A stretch of DNA of 64,000 nucleotides from Pristiophorus japonicus (Eukaryota): assembly GCF_044704955.1 (NCBI RefSeq), contig NC_091991.1, positions 30,132,001 to 30,196,000 of the forward strand, written 5' to 3'. Positions 50,799-62,964 of this stretch are shown piece after piece. The notes below the pieces were generated by a model. That model had not been told where the DNA came from. It did not search any database and saw only the letters and a program-made list of their open reading frames with translations. A program made the translations under genes and the position numbers. Each line of letters starts with the position of its first letter. Position 1 is the stretch's first letter.

Positions 50799-51504
50799 GG
50801 GAATGATCAGCCATGATCTTATTGAATGGTGGTGCAGGCTCGAAGGGCTGAATGGCCTACTCCTGCACCTATTTTCTATGTTTCTATATTTCTAATGTGT
50901 GAACCCCAGCAGCCAATTTGCATACAGCAAGCTCCCACAAACAGCTACATGATAATGACCAGATAAACTGTTTTTGTTATGTTGATTGAATGATAAATAT
51001 TAGCCAGGATACCGGGGATAACTTCCCTGTTCTTCTTCCAAATAGTGCCATGGGATCTTTTACATCCACCTGAGTGAGCAGACAGGGCCTCGGTTTAACA
51101 GCTCATCCAAAATACAGCATCGCTGACAGTGCAGCACTCCCTCAGCAGTGTCAGCCTAGTGCTCAAGTCCCTGGAGTGTGTCTTGAACCCACAACCTTCT
51201 GACTCAGGCAAGTGTGCTACCCACTGAGCCACAGCTGACACAGTTGTGTCAGTTTAAATCCCTTAAGGCCAGCTTGAAGTTGATGTTTTGACCCAGAGCT
51301 GTCACTCAGTGAAGGTAATTTTGACTTTGTGCCAGGATGTAAAATGGGCGTAAATTACATCTCTCCCGATTTCTATTTCAATTGACGTCAATGCACAACC
51401 ATGAATCTTGGCACTTTTCTCTGAGGTAACGTTTAGGTATTTTTTATGATTAACAGCTAGATTGGTTATAAACAAAGGACTTCAACTCGAGAAAGTCTAA
51501 CCAC

Positions 51505-52885
51505 CTCTCCTTGACATTCAATGGTATTACCATCATCAGATCCATCACCATCAACAGCCTGGAAACTTTACTGGACCCGCCACATAAATACGAGAGCAAT
51601 CAGAGGCTGGGTATTTTGCCACGTGTGACTCACCTCCTGACTCTCCATAGCCTTTCCAACATCTACAAGGGACAAGTCAGGAGTGTGATGGAATATTCTC
51701 CACTCGGTTACCTGAGGAAGAGAGTGTTCGAAGACCAGGACCTCAAATCTGGCACCAAGCTTATGGTTTATAGGGCTGTAGCGATACCCGCCCTCCTGTA
51801 TGGCTCAGAGACGTGGACCATATACAGTAGACACCTCAAAGCGCTGGAGAAGTACCACCAGCGATGCCTCCACAAGATCCTGCAAATCCCCTGGGAGGAT
51901 AGACACACCAACATCAGTGTTCTCGATCAGGCCAACACCCGCAGCATCGAAGCACTGACCACACTCGACCAGCTCCGATGGGCCACATCGTCCGCATGCC
52001 CGACACGAGACACCCAAAACAAGCACTCTATTCGGAACTCCTATATGGCAAGCGATCCTCAGGTGGGCAGAGGAAATGTTTCAAGGACACCCTCAAAGCC
52101 TCATTGATAAAGTGCAACATCCCCACCGGCACCTGGGAATCCCTGCCCCAAGACCGCCCTAAGTGGAGGAAGAGCATCTGGGAGGGCGCTGGGCACCTCG
52201 TGTCTCATCGCCGAGAGCATGCAGAAAACAAGCACAGGCAGCGGAAAGTATGTGTGGCAAACCAGACTCCCCACCCACCCTTTCCTTCAACGACTGTCTG
52301 TCCCACCCACCTGTGACAGAGACTGTAATTCCCGTATTGAGAACTCACTTTTAGAGTGGAAGCAAATCTTCCTCGATTTTGAGGGACTGCCTATGATGAT
52401 GACTCTCCACTTGTCTGGCTGAGTGGAGCTCAAACAACACTCACGAAGCTTGACACCATCCAGGACAAAGAAGCCCGCTTGATTGGCACCCCAATCACCA
52501 CCTTAAACATTCACTCCTTCCATCACAGGCGCACCGTGTCTGCAGTGTGCACCATCTACAAGATGCACTGCAGTAACTAATCAAGTCTTCTTCAACAGCA
52601 CCTCCCAAACCCATGACTTCTACCACATAGAAGGACAAGGGCAGCAGCCGCATGGGAACACCATCACCTCCAAGTTCCCTCGAAGTTACACATCATCCTG
52701 ACTTGGAAACATATGGTCAAAATCCTGGAGCTCCCTCCCTAACAGCACTGTGGTAGTGCTTTCACCACATGGACGGCAGCGGTTCAAGAAGGCAGCTCAC
52801 CACCACTTTCTCAAGGGCAATTAGGGATGGGCAGTAAATGCTGGCCTTGCCAGCGATGCCCACACCCATGAATGAATTTTTTTTA
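51505..52885 (+). mobile_element. Second CR1/Jockey-group LINE 3' fragment, split by an RTE
   Basis: IYKGQVRSVMEYSPL continues after 52401 (LDTIQDK.ARLIG, HSFHHRRTVSAVC). Confidence 0.82.
51705..52401 (+). mobile_element. RTE 3' fragment
   Basis: LLYGSETW, YHQRCL, QLRW; (GAT)n tail; TSD A(T/C)TCTCCACT. Confidence 0.9.
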
Positions 52886-53539
52886 AACTTGATTCTTATA
52901 GTCCCTACCGCTCAGTCATTGACCTTGATGTGAAGCAAAAACGTTTCAACTTTTTGTGAAGTAATTTTAGCTAACAATTTACAAAGATTTATTTTGCAGA
53001 GAGGTAAAAGGCAGAGACAAATCTGGTATATGAGAGGGAAAGGGAGGGGGTGTCTATGTTTGTGCAAGGGAGAGACGGTGTCCATCTGCATCTGTATGTG
53101 AAGCAGAGATAATTCTGTGATGAGTGTTGTGGAAGGGAAGAACATGCTCTCTGCCAGCATAATTTGAATGATAATTGAAGTGCAGAACTGGACCTTGATG
53201 GCAAATGAAGGGGAAGATTTGAAAACAGAAAACGAATTTTTATGTAGCGAGGGTACAAGTTTCTGACCCAAGCTGTGCCACAGGGGAGTTTTCACATCAG
53301 CATTCCTGCCGATGCAGAGATTCTTGAGTAATATCTCCCTTTCCACGGGCATTAGATTTTGGGATGCATCCCAGAGCAAACAGCAACGGTGTGACTTCAA
53401 ACCAGACTGAGGGTCACTCTTGAGCCACCACACCCTGGACAGCAGGCTGGTAAATTTGAGGTCCTTTCACCTTGATGGAGCGCTGTTAGCTGTGGATATG
53501 CCATTCTTGCACAATTAACAATGACACTCAAGAATATGA

Positions 53540-53795
53540 AAGACAATGCAAAGGAGATGCAAGAAAAAATCTTTTTATGCAGTGGGTGGTTGCATTTTGG
53601 AATGCACTGCCTGAAAGGGTGGTGGAGGCAGACTAAATCTTACCTTTCAAAAGGGAGTTGGTTAAGTATCTGAAGGAAAAACATTTGCATGGCTACAGGG
53701 AAAGGGCAAAGGGGAATGGAATTAGTGGGGCTCGATGGGATGAATGGCCTTTTTCGGTGCTGTAACCATTCTATGCTTCTTCTATGATTCTATGA
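53540..53795 (+). mobile_element. CR1 3' fragment
   Basis: WNALPERVVEA and tail. Confidence 0.8.
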
Positions 53796-53802
53796 AAGAC
53801 TT

Positions 53803-54387
53803 GGGTGCCGAATTTCATCACCTCACTGCTCACTGCTGCCGACATAGCTTTTGCAGATCCGCCCAGTGCCACTTTGGAGGTGGCCTGGAGCAGGCGGGAG
53901 GGGAGAACCGCTGGGAATGGCTCGCCACCATCCCGCCCGCCCAGTTCCCGTAATGATGCGGGCAGGAGTCAACAGCAGAACGGGGGTGGACCGCTGCGAG
54001 GAGGCTGGTCTGTCCCCGACGGTAAGTATGAAGAACCTGAAAAAAAGGTTAGTGAACATTTTATATATTTTTTTCCACAGCGACTTACCTGCATGGGGTC
54101 CCCTGAAGGTCTTCCGATAGTTTTTTTATTTTTTACTGATGATTTTTTTTTTCAGGTCTTTGACCCTCCGTGGGCCGAACTCCATCCTCGGCGGCAAGTG
54201 CCTCTGCCACTGAGAATGAGACCACCCGCCCGCTGCCACCCAGATTGGCGACGTACGTCGTCCATTTGCTGCCCGCTGACCTTCGAGGGCCCTCGGCGAT
54301 GAATATCCTGCCCAAAGTACTTTCCAGTACCTCGGCGGCCATTGGCGGCACTTTGGGTGGGCGGAGGCCTGGATCAAAATCAGCCCC
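53803..54387. mobile_element. GC-rich non-autonomous DNA transposon (Harbinger-like termini)
   Basis: Imperfect inverted ends GGGTGCCGAATTTCATC / GATCAAAATCAGCCCC; no coding capacity recognised. Confidence 0.5.
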
Positions 54388-54398
54388 TTGATAGAGAC

Positions 54399-56505
54399 TA
54401 TCATGTATGTAACCACAATGTAACACCACTGTATTACTGTATGCACTCAACCTAGATGCACACCTTGACCACAAGGGGTAAAGTTGTGGGAGATACTCCT
54501 TACCTGATCACACAGGTATAAAAAGGGAGGTCCCACGCAGGGTCATCGTCTTTGGAGTCCTGTGAATAAAATGTTAAGGTCACAGAGTGACCTTGTCCCC
54601 AGAATGTGCCTCGTGTGGTTTCACGCTGTAGAGTAAGGACTTTACATTAGCGACGAGGATGGGATCTATAGGCCAGCAGGAGACGTGATAGGCGGCATTG
54701 TAGGGAGGGTCTTTGAATCCTGAGCCTACCTTGCTTGATGATTTGGACCGCACGTTCCGCCTGGCCATTGGAGGCCGGCTTGAACGACGCAGTCCTGACG
54801 TGGTTGATGCCATTGCCCGACATAAACGCTCGGAATTCGTAGCTTGTGAAACATGGGCCATTATCACTAACCAGGATGCCCGGCAAGCCACGGGGTGCAA
54901 AAATCCATGTAGGCTTTCCACGGTGGTGGATGACGTGCATGAATTCTGAATGATGCATTCGATCCATTTCGAGTACGTATCTACCACAATAAGGAATATC
55001 TTACCCATGAACGGGCCCGCATAGTCAACATGAATGCGTGACCATGGCCTGGTGGGCCAGGGCCACGGGCTGAACGGGGCCTCCCTGGGGGCATTACCCA
55101 GCTGGGCACACGTCGTGCACCTGCGAACACAGTGTTCCAGGTCTGAATCAATTCCAGACCACCAAATGTGTGACCAGGCAATGGCCTTCATCAGCACAGT
55201 GCCTGGGTGCTCGCGTGGAGTTCCCTGATGAATGCCTCCCTGCCCTTCTGGGGCATAACTACACGGCTGCCCCATAGTAGGCAGTCGGCTTGGATGGAGA
55301 GCTCATCCATCCATCTGTGGAACGGTCTGACCTCCTCAGGACAGGCTCCGTGTGCGGGCGCCCAATCCCCAGTCAGGACACATTTCTTAATCAGGGATAG
55401 GAGGGGATCTCTGTTTGTCCAGATTTTGATCTGGCGGGCTGTGATGGGGGAGCCTGTGCTGTCAAAGGCATCGACAGCCATGACCATCTCAGCGCTTTGC
55501 TCCGCTGCCCCCTCAGTGGTGGCCAGTGGAAGCCTGCTGAGTGCGTCAGCGCAATTTTCAGTGCCGGGCCGGTGCTGGATGGAGTGGTCATAAGCAGCCA
55601 GCGTGAGAGCCCATCGTTGTATGCGAGCTGATGCATTGGCATTGATAGCCTTGCTGTCTGACAACAAGGATGTTAATGGCTTGTGGTCCGTCTCTAATTC
55701 AAACTTCCTACCAAATAGGTACTGATGCATTTTTTTTACACCATAGACACATATAAGCGCTTCCTTCTCGACCATCTCATATCCCCGTTCTGCTTGAGAG
55801 AGGTTGTAGTTGACCTCAGCATTGCCCTGCTGCAACACGCACCCAACCCCATAGGATGATGCATCACATGTCAGAACCAATTTTTTACAGGGGTCGTACA
55901 GGGTCAACAACTTGTTTGAACAAAGTAGGTTTCGCGCCCGATCAAAAGCCCGTTCCTGACAGTCCCCCCAAAGCAAATCACAACCCTTATGCAGGAGCAA
56001 GTGTAGCGGCTCCAACAACGTGTTCACGTTCGGCAGAAAGTTCCCAAAATAGTTGACCAGTCCCAGGAATGATGGGTGCTAGTAAGTCCTTCATGAGCGG
56101 GTAAGTCTTTGGTCCGCAGCTGGTCAAAAGATGAGCCCTTCGCTTGTCGGCCGCTGCATTCCCCAGCCATTCTTTCGTAACGAAGCTTTGCTGAAGCCTC
56201 TCGACAAAATCATCCCAGTCCTCCCCAACACAGTACCGTTCCTCTATGCTACTGGTGGGCATTCTCGGGGCCGTTAATTCCCGTTTCTCGTCGCCAATGT
56301 AAAGTCCTTACTCTACAGCATGAAACCACATGAGGCACATTCTGGGGACAAGGTCACTCTGTGATCTTAACTCTTTATTCACAGGACTCCAAAGACGATG
56401 ACCCTGCGTGGGACCTCCCTTTTTATACCTGTGTGATCAGGTGTGCATCTAGGTTGAGTGTATACAGTATTACAGTGGTGTTACATTGTGGTTACATACA
56501 TGACA
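54399..56505 (-). mobile_element. Internally deleted Gypsy element with inverted LTRs
   Basis: LTR 54399-54646 (+) and LTR 56298-56505 (-), each followed inward by a PBS; gag start, RNase H and partial integrase on the minus strand; TSD GAGAC on both sides. Confidence 0.9.
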
Positions 56506-56721
56506 GAGACCACAGCAGTGGATTTACGTCAGATGCAGTTTCTTTCTTTGGCTCTTCAACTTCGAAGGGTTGGCCACCCCTGGTCCGGCTCCTCTCCTTT
56601 GGGACTACCGCTGAAGTTCTCTTTTTCCTGTGTGTGTACCATTCCTGTACTGTCATCTACCACTTCAAGAACAACATGTGACCTATTTTTAAACTCATAA
56701 AGTAGAAGTGTAATCATAATT

Positions 56722-57440
56722 ACCATCATAGGCAGTCCCTCGGAATTAAGGCAGACTTGCTTCCACTCTTAGCATGAGTTCTTAGGTGGCTGTACAGTCG
56801 AATACGAGAACCACAGTCTCTGTCACAGGTGGGACAGACAGTGGTTGAAGGAAAGTGTGGGCAGGAAGTCTGGTTTGCCGCACGCTCCTTCCGCTGCCTG
56901 CGCTTGATTTCTGCATGCTCTCGGCGACGAGACTCGAAGAGCTCAGCGCCCTCCCGGATGCATTTCTTCCACTTAGGGCCAGGTGTCAGTGGGGATGTCG
57001 CATTTTATCAGGGAGGCTTTGAGGGTGTCCTTGTAACGTTTACGCTGCCCGTCTTTGGCTCGTTTGCCGTGGATGAGTTCCGAGTAGAGCTATTGCTTTG
57101 GGAGTCTCGTGTCTAGCATGCGAACTATGTGGTCTGCCCAGCGGAGCTGATCAAGTGTGGTCAGTGCTTCAATGCTGGGGATGTTGGCCTGGACGAGGAC
57201 GCTAATGTTGGTGCGTCTGTCCTCCCAGGGAATTTGCAGGATCTTGTGGAGACATCGTTGGTAGTATTTCTCCAGCGACTTGAGGTGTCTACTGTACATG
57301 GTCCACTTCCCTGAGCCATACAGGAGGGCGGGTATCACTATGGTCCTGTAGAACATGAGCTGGTGACAGTTTTGAGGGCCTGGTCTTCAAACACTCTTTT
57401 CCTCAGGCGGCCGAAGGCTGTACTGGCACACTGGAGGCGG
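56722..57440 (-). mobile_element. RTE 3' fragment
   Basis: ORF 57090-57356 (LLYGSGKW..YYQRCL..QLRWADH). Confidence 0.88.
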
Positions 57441-58016
57441 CAGAGTAGTGTAGTAGAAGCTTAGTGCGGTTGAGAATAGAATGTTTAGGTGTTGAGTACT
57501 AATTAGCAGTTCTTATTATTGGAGACAGCTTCACTTTTGTTCTGAGCGATCCTTTTATTGACGACGGAACAATAGACCGGCTGAATATGCAAAAACCCAC
57601 ATGCCGAGTGAATCAGAGTTCTCTGTCCATCTTTCCTTCTAATACTTCAAAGGACTGAGTATTCATACCATGTGGTAGTCTATTCCCCAAAGTATACGTG
57701 GAAAGACAGAAAATGACAATTTCTTGGTGAAAAGATAAAACACTTCTGATGTGCAAATGCAGACAGAGCCAAAGTGCAACTGGACTGACTTGAGATGATT
57801 ACAACCAAAAGGCAATCAGCTAGATTTATATCAATTCATCTGCATTGGATCAATCAATGGGCTTGTTTAATGGGGTAATGTTAAATACAATTCTGTTGCA
57901 GAGTGCAATCTTGTATGATCCAAATTAGAAGATGTTTTGGATATTCTGGAGTCCAACTTTAAAAAAAAGAATGGCTTAAATTGCCACTTGTTTCCCCCAA
58001 AATACAGACAGCCATT

Positions 58017-58128
58017 GGGGGTGAAATTGGTCAATGCTGATAGCGCAAAGTGGCCCGATAGTGAATCGCCCGCCTGTGTTACACCGTGCCCTGAATTTCT
58101 TTTCCATTGATGACCAATTTCACACCCC
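58017..58128. mobile_element. 112-bp MITE
   Basis: Inverted termini GGGGGTGAAATTGGTCA / TGACCAATTTCACACCCC. Confidence 0.7.
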
Positions 58129-58485
58129 ACAGGCTCAATTTTCCCCAATGCCGTTTTTTGGCGTATTGCCGGAGTTACGCCCGTTTTTTCTGGCCACAAC
58201 TACTCCAAAAAAATAAGTACAAGTTTCCCCGTTCTATTTTTTTAAATTGGCACCGTGCAGCCTGGCCTGTAGCTTCGGTGGGTGGAGCCTAATGTCTGCG
58301 CCGAAAAAAACAATGCCCCCCCGCCCCTTTCTGCGCATGCGCGGGGAAAAAAAGACGTTTTTGACGTGATTGCTATGAATGCGCATGCCCAGTACAGCTC
58401 CCGGCCTGCATTCAGCCATTTTTTAAGAGCCAGTCGTGTGTGAGAACTTTAATTCTTAGTGGAAAAATCGGAGCTGCAATACAAG

Positions 58486-59758
58486 ATGCAACGTGGCTCA
58501 AGGACCAAGAAATTCTTAGAGGATGAAGTAGAGGCACTGGTTACTGTAATTGAGGATAGATGGCACGAGCTGGACACCAGCAGAAGTCACATAAAAGTTT
58601 CATCAAAAGAAATGAAGAAACGCTGAACCAACTTGCAGAAGATTACTGTGCAATGGTGACCACCCCGAGGTCTGGAGGCCAGTGCAAAAAGAAATGGCAG
58701 AATCTTGGTCAAGTAGTTAGTGTAAGTAATATTTTCATTTATTCAATGGAATTGCAATTGTAAATGTGACCAGCTGTATATGTCCCACCCAACAGAAAGA
58801 CACCCTCTCTAAAAAGTTATATTTTTTATCTTTGCAGAGGAAGGTGGCACACAACAAACAGGAAATAACTTAAACAGGAGGAGGCCCGGCAAATCTGCAG
58901 CCACTGACACCCTTGGAAGACAGGGTCGCCGCTTTGATGGGTCCTGCCTGGAGAAAAGCAACCACCACTGCACAAGCTGGGCCCACACTCGAGGGAGAGG
59001 GTAAGTCCTGCAAATTCCACAGTCTGGCTTTCCTAAATATTAAGTACTGCGCGGACTAGCTATGCTTCGGTTCCTGGGGATGTCTCCGTCAGCTACGCTT
59101 CGGTTGATGCAATGTGCTATCATTCATCGTGATCCTTCAAATGAGCCTGGTGCCTGCACTGTGTGAGCCCACTCATTCCACCCACCCTGCCCCCTTCTCT
59201 GCTGCTCACCATTTGCCTGTTCTGTTATATTTTGCAGAACTTGAGGCCAACCCTGACAATGCAGAAGAAGATTCAGACGCGGACGAGCTTGAAGAGGAGA
59301 ACATCTTCCAGTCCCACCTCCAGACCAAGAGCATGGGGGTGAGGGGGAGGGGGAGTGGGAGGGGATGGATGAAGCCCCCACTGTTATATTCATTTTGGAG
59401 GAGGTGCAGGTGCCGCCCATTGAATGGTGCCAACCCCTTTCCTGAGTGGTACATGTTGCTGAGACATTCCATGGTTTCCCACAGTCCCAGGCTGGGGATT
59501 CCAGTGGGGTGCAGCAAGGCACACCCAGGGCCCCACCGTCTGAAGCTGTGAGTCCCAGTGGGATGCAGTGAGACACACCCAGGGTGAGGAGGGGAAGGAG
59601 AGCTTGACAGTGCTCTCCTGAGGTGCAGGATCTAACAGATGTGGTTCAGATGATGGCAATGAGTGTGGAGAGCATTGACCTTATGTGATCACTCTTGGAC
59701 ACCATCAGTGGGGTGGGTGATGAGGTATCAGGACTGTCAGGAGAAGTTACAACACTCT
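58486..59758 (+). pseudogene. Harbinger Myb/SANT-like DNA-binding protein, spliced (exons 58486-58721, 58838-59000, 59238 to about 59758)
   Basis: FLEDEVEALV..RSGGQCKKKWQNL, TGGGPA motif, acidic tract; GTAAGT donors and TTTGCAG acceptors; frameshift and stop. Confidence 0.82.
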
Positions 59759-60934
59759 TACAAAGCGTTCACTGATGAACTGCTGGCGCAAGGCTTGAAC
59801 AATCGTTAAAGGGTCATGACGGCCCGCCCTCCTCCACTGTCGTGCTCCCAATTCAGGTAGTTGCATGACTTCCTTGCCCTCATCCTCCTCCTCCTCCTCC
59901 TCATCTGCATCTTCCTCCTCATCATCAGCCACTCTCACCTCAGGTGGGTCTTCTACTACCAGCTGCTGTTGCCTCATGATGGTTAAGTTATGCAGCATGC
60001 AGCACACAACAGTGAACTGACCGACAACCTCAGGAGAGTATTGCAAGTAGCCTCCGGAATGGTTCAGGCAATGGTCCTCTCTATTATGCTTCGTGTTGCA
60101 ATGTGCAACATGTTGTATTCCCGGTCAGCTTCCGTTCGGGTTACGCGAAGGGGCATCATGAGCTTGGTGGCGAGGCCGTACCCTTTGTCTCCCAGTAGCC
60201 AGCTCTGCCCTTCTGACTGCTGCTGAAACATGGCAGATATAACGCTTTTGCGTAGGATGAACGCTTCATGGGTACTCCCGGGGTATCTTGCATCAACTGA
60301 CATGATGCGATACATGTCATCACACACAAGTTGCACATTAATGGAGTGGAAGCCTTTTCTGTTCTTGTACATCTCGGAATCCTCCAATGGTGTTCGCAAG
60401 GCAATGTGGGTACAATCAATGCAGCCCTGTACCTTTGGGAAGCCAGCAATCCTGGAGAATTCCACAGCCCTGTCATGCATTGCCTGGGTAGTCATGGAGA
60501 AACTTTATGTAATCATTCCTCTGGGCATATAGTGCAGCAGTCACCTGCCGAATGCAGACATATGTTTCATGTTGAGAAATGGCGCGCACATTCCCAGTTA
60601 TGGCCTGGAATGATCCAAATGCATAGACTGAAAGTGCAGCTGTAACCTTCACCAACTGATAAAGCAATCCTCCTGATGCTTCTAGGTTGCAGGTCTGCTT
60701 TTACTAACTCAGTTACAACTTCTTTGTTGAAACGCAGCCTTCTCACAGTCTGCATCACTCAGGTGCGGGTATGAATGCCCGTCTCAATATATCCAACATG
60801 GGTAAAGGCCTCCTGCCCATCATACTATGTGCTCTAAGGTTCCTCATGCGATGACATCAAATCAATTGTCTCCTCCACAGCACCATCTTGCAGAAGGCTT
60901 GCATGAGATATGGCATTGTCAGTATTGCCCCCAT
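59747..60934 (-). pseudogene. Harbinger (HARBI1-like, DDE_Tnp_4) transposase, disrupted
   Basis: FPKVQGCIDCTHI, NRKGFHSINVQLVCD, PGSTH, WLLGDKGY, RSIIERTI, CCMLHN. Confidence 0.92.
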
Positions 60935-61949
60935 GATTAAATTGTACCTATGCAAGAAGCTCAAAACGGCAGGTAGGACAAGCTTCTTTGATGTCTCTCT
61001 CCCCGAGGTCGATGCCCTAGTATGGACCACACCCAGGTCTAAGCATGTGCAATGGGCTTGCTTCGTTCGGGGAACATCCCCTCCCCCCCTGGCTTTATTT
61101 GATGCTGCTTGCTGCATAGTGGCATAGTGTAAGGGTTCTCAACCCTTCAGTTTGGCTTCCACACAAGCCCCCTCCCCCAACACACATAACCCCCCCCCCC
61201 CCCCGGGCTTCTTTTCGAGCCGAGCCCCGAGCCCCTCTGTCCAGGCGAGGGACAGATTCTGCCGGCCGATGCTCCGACTCTCAAGCCTGGTTTGGAAACG
61301 TTCGGTGGTGGCATGGCACTTTAAAAAAATCCAAACTTAAAGAATTACATGGAACTTCTATTCTCTGTGCTTTCAGTTGGAAAAATTTAAGCTTGATGAT
61401 GCATATTTATGTGTTCTTGACTCCCTCCAAAACTTCGCCTAAAAACAATGGTGTCTTTCTGCACCAATTTTTTGATGTGCGCTGGTTTTTCTTAAGTTCC
61501 CAGAAGGTTTTTTCGGAAGTGGTCACATACGCCGTCCTAGGAGAATTGTAAGTTGGCCAAACTTGCATAATTGTGAAAAACTGGCGCAGACATCAGGTTA
61601 TGACCCTATGACGCAAAAATAAAATAACATTAAAAAATCGTAACTAACTGAGTTACGCTGGCGCTCAGTCTTTGGGGAAACTTGGATTTTAAAATTTAGG
61701 CCAAAAAAAGCAGCGTGCGGCAAAAAACGGCGCGAATCACTGGGGAAAATTGAGCCCCTTGTACCTCGCACCATGACACACTCTACATTTTCTGTGGAGG
61801 GTGTCTGTGCTCAATTTAATCCTGGAAATGTAAAATATACCACCTCCAAATAAAGGCATGCATAAAAGCAATCCCTCCACCTTCTTAGCAGCAAATCGTG
61901 GACCTTCGGCGAATTATATGGAAAAGAATTCTACTTGATGTCGCAGAAG

Positions 61950-62455
61950 TGTCAGCTGTGGCTCAGTGGGTAGCAAGCACACACTTGCCTCTGAGTCAGA
62001 AGGTTGTTCCTCAACGGCTTTCTTTATTTTGGGGAAAACAAGTCCCAATCCAGGGACTTGAGCACAAAAAATCTAGGCTGACACTCCAGTGCAGCGCTGA
62101 GGCAATGCTTCACTGTCGGAGGTGCCATCTTTCGGATGAGACGTTAAACTGAGGCCCTGTCTGATCTCTCAAGAGGACGTAAAAGATCCCATGACACTAT
62201 TTCGAAGAAGAGCAGGGGAGTTATCCCTGGTGTCCTGGCCAATATTTATCCCTCAATCAACATAACAAAAACAGATTATCTGGTCATTATCACATTGTTG
62301 TTTGTGGGAACTTGCTTGTGCGCAAATTGTCTGCTACATTTCCTACATTACAACAGTGACTACATTCCAAAAGTACTTCATTGGTTGTAAAGCACTTTGG
62401 GATGTCCAGTGGTTGTGAACGGCGCTATATAAATGCAAGTCTTTCTTTTTTCTTT
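61950..62455 (+). mobile_element. SacSINE1-like SINE, full length
   Basis: Match to the other copies; short insertion in the head. Confidence 0.87.
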
Positions 62456-62964
62456 CAGATTTATAAATCTGTTCAGGATCATGATCAATAATGCTTCCAA
62501 GCCCACACTTAGACCTGTACAGCTGACTTGTAGATTAACACTTCAATCAGATAAGTCTGACCTTGGCCAATTCTCATTGGAGATACATGTAGGTTTCAAT
62601 ATTGTAAGCATTCTGCCATTTCCCAGTCAGGTTGTTCAATGGATGCTCGATAGATGCATGCTGATGTTGTTAAGGGGCCAAGGGCACATCTCAATTATGC
62701 TGAGGTGAAATATTTCTAAGCGAGTAGTCACATTTTTGGTAAATATACTTAGATGATTCTCCAATTTCACTTTTCTTTCTTATATCCACAAGTGCTAATA
62801 TCTTATGGAAATAATATTTTCAAATGGGCACTAAAGTGATTAGGCCACAGTCGGAGTGTTTTTCATGACTGTTCCAACTGCATCTACAAAGGCCTGCACT
62901 CCAATGGCCAAATTGCAGCTATCTTCTCCAGTCTCCACATGTTGGGCGGTTAGATGGAGATAAC

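Larger units (their letters stand above)
46771..50895 (+). mobile_element. Near full-length CR1 LINE
   Basis: 5' UTR, ORF1, ORF2, 3' UTR hairpin and (TTTCTATG)n tail. Confidence 0.95.
46586..51240 (-). mobile_element. SacSINE1-like SINE split by the CR1 insertion (pieces 46586-46674 and about 50894-51240)
   Basis: The SINE tail lies left of the CR1 and the rest of the SINE resumes collinearly on the right. Confidence 0.85.
58131..61757. mobile_element. PIF/Harbinger DNA transposon (decayed, two convergent genes)
   Basis: TIR (A/G)GGCTCAATTTTCCCCA at 58131-58147 and 61741-61757; contains Myb/SANT and DDE transposase genes. Confidence 0.92.

Noticed and set aside
54399-56505. DIRS-type retroelement or DNA transposon, because of the inverted terminal repeats
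   Set aside because: Internal genes are Gypsy gag, RNase H and DDE integrase, with a PBS and a 5-bp TSD; there is no tyrosine recombinase or transposase
59747-60934. Domesticated HARBI1 gene
   Set aside because: It lies between TIRs and carries stops and frameshifts
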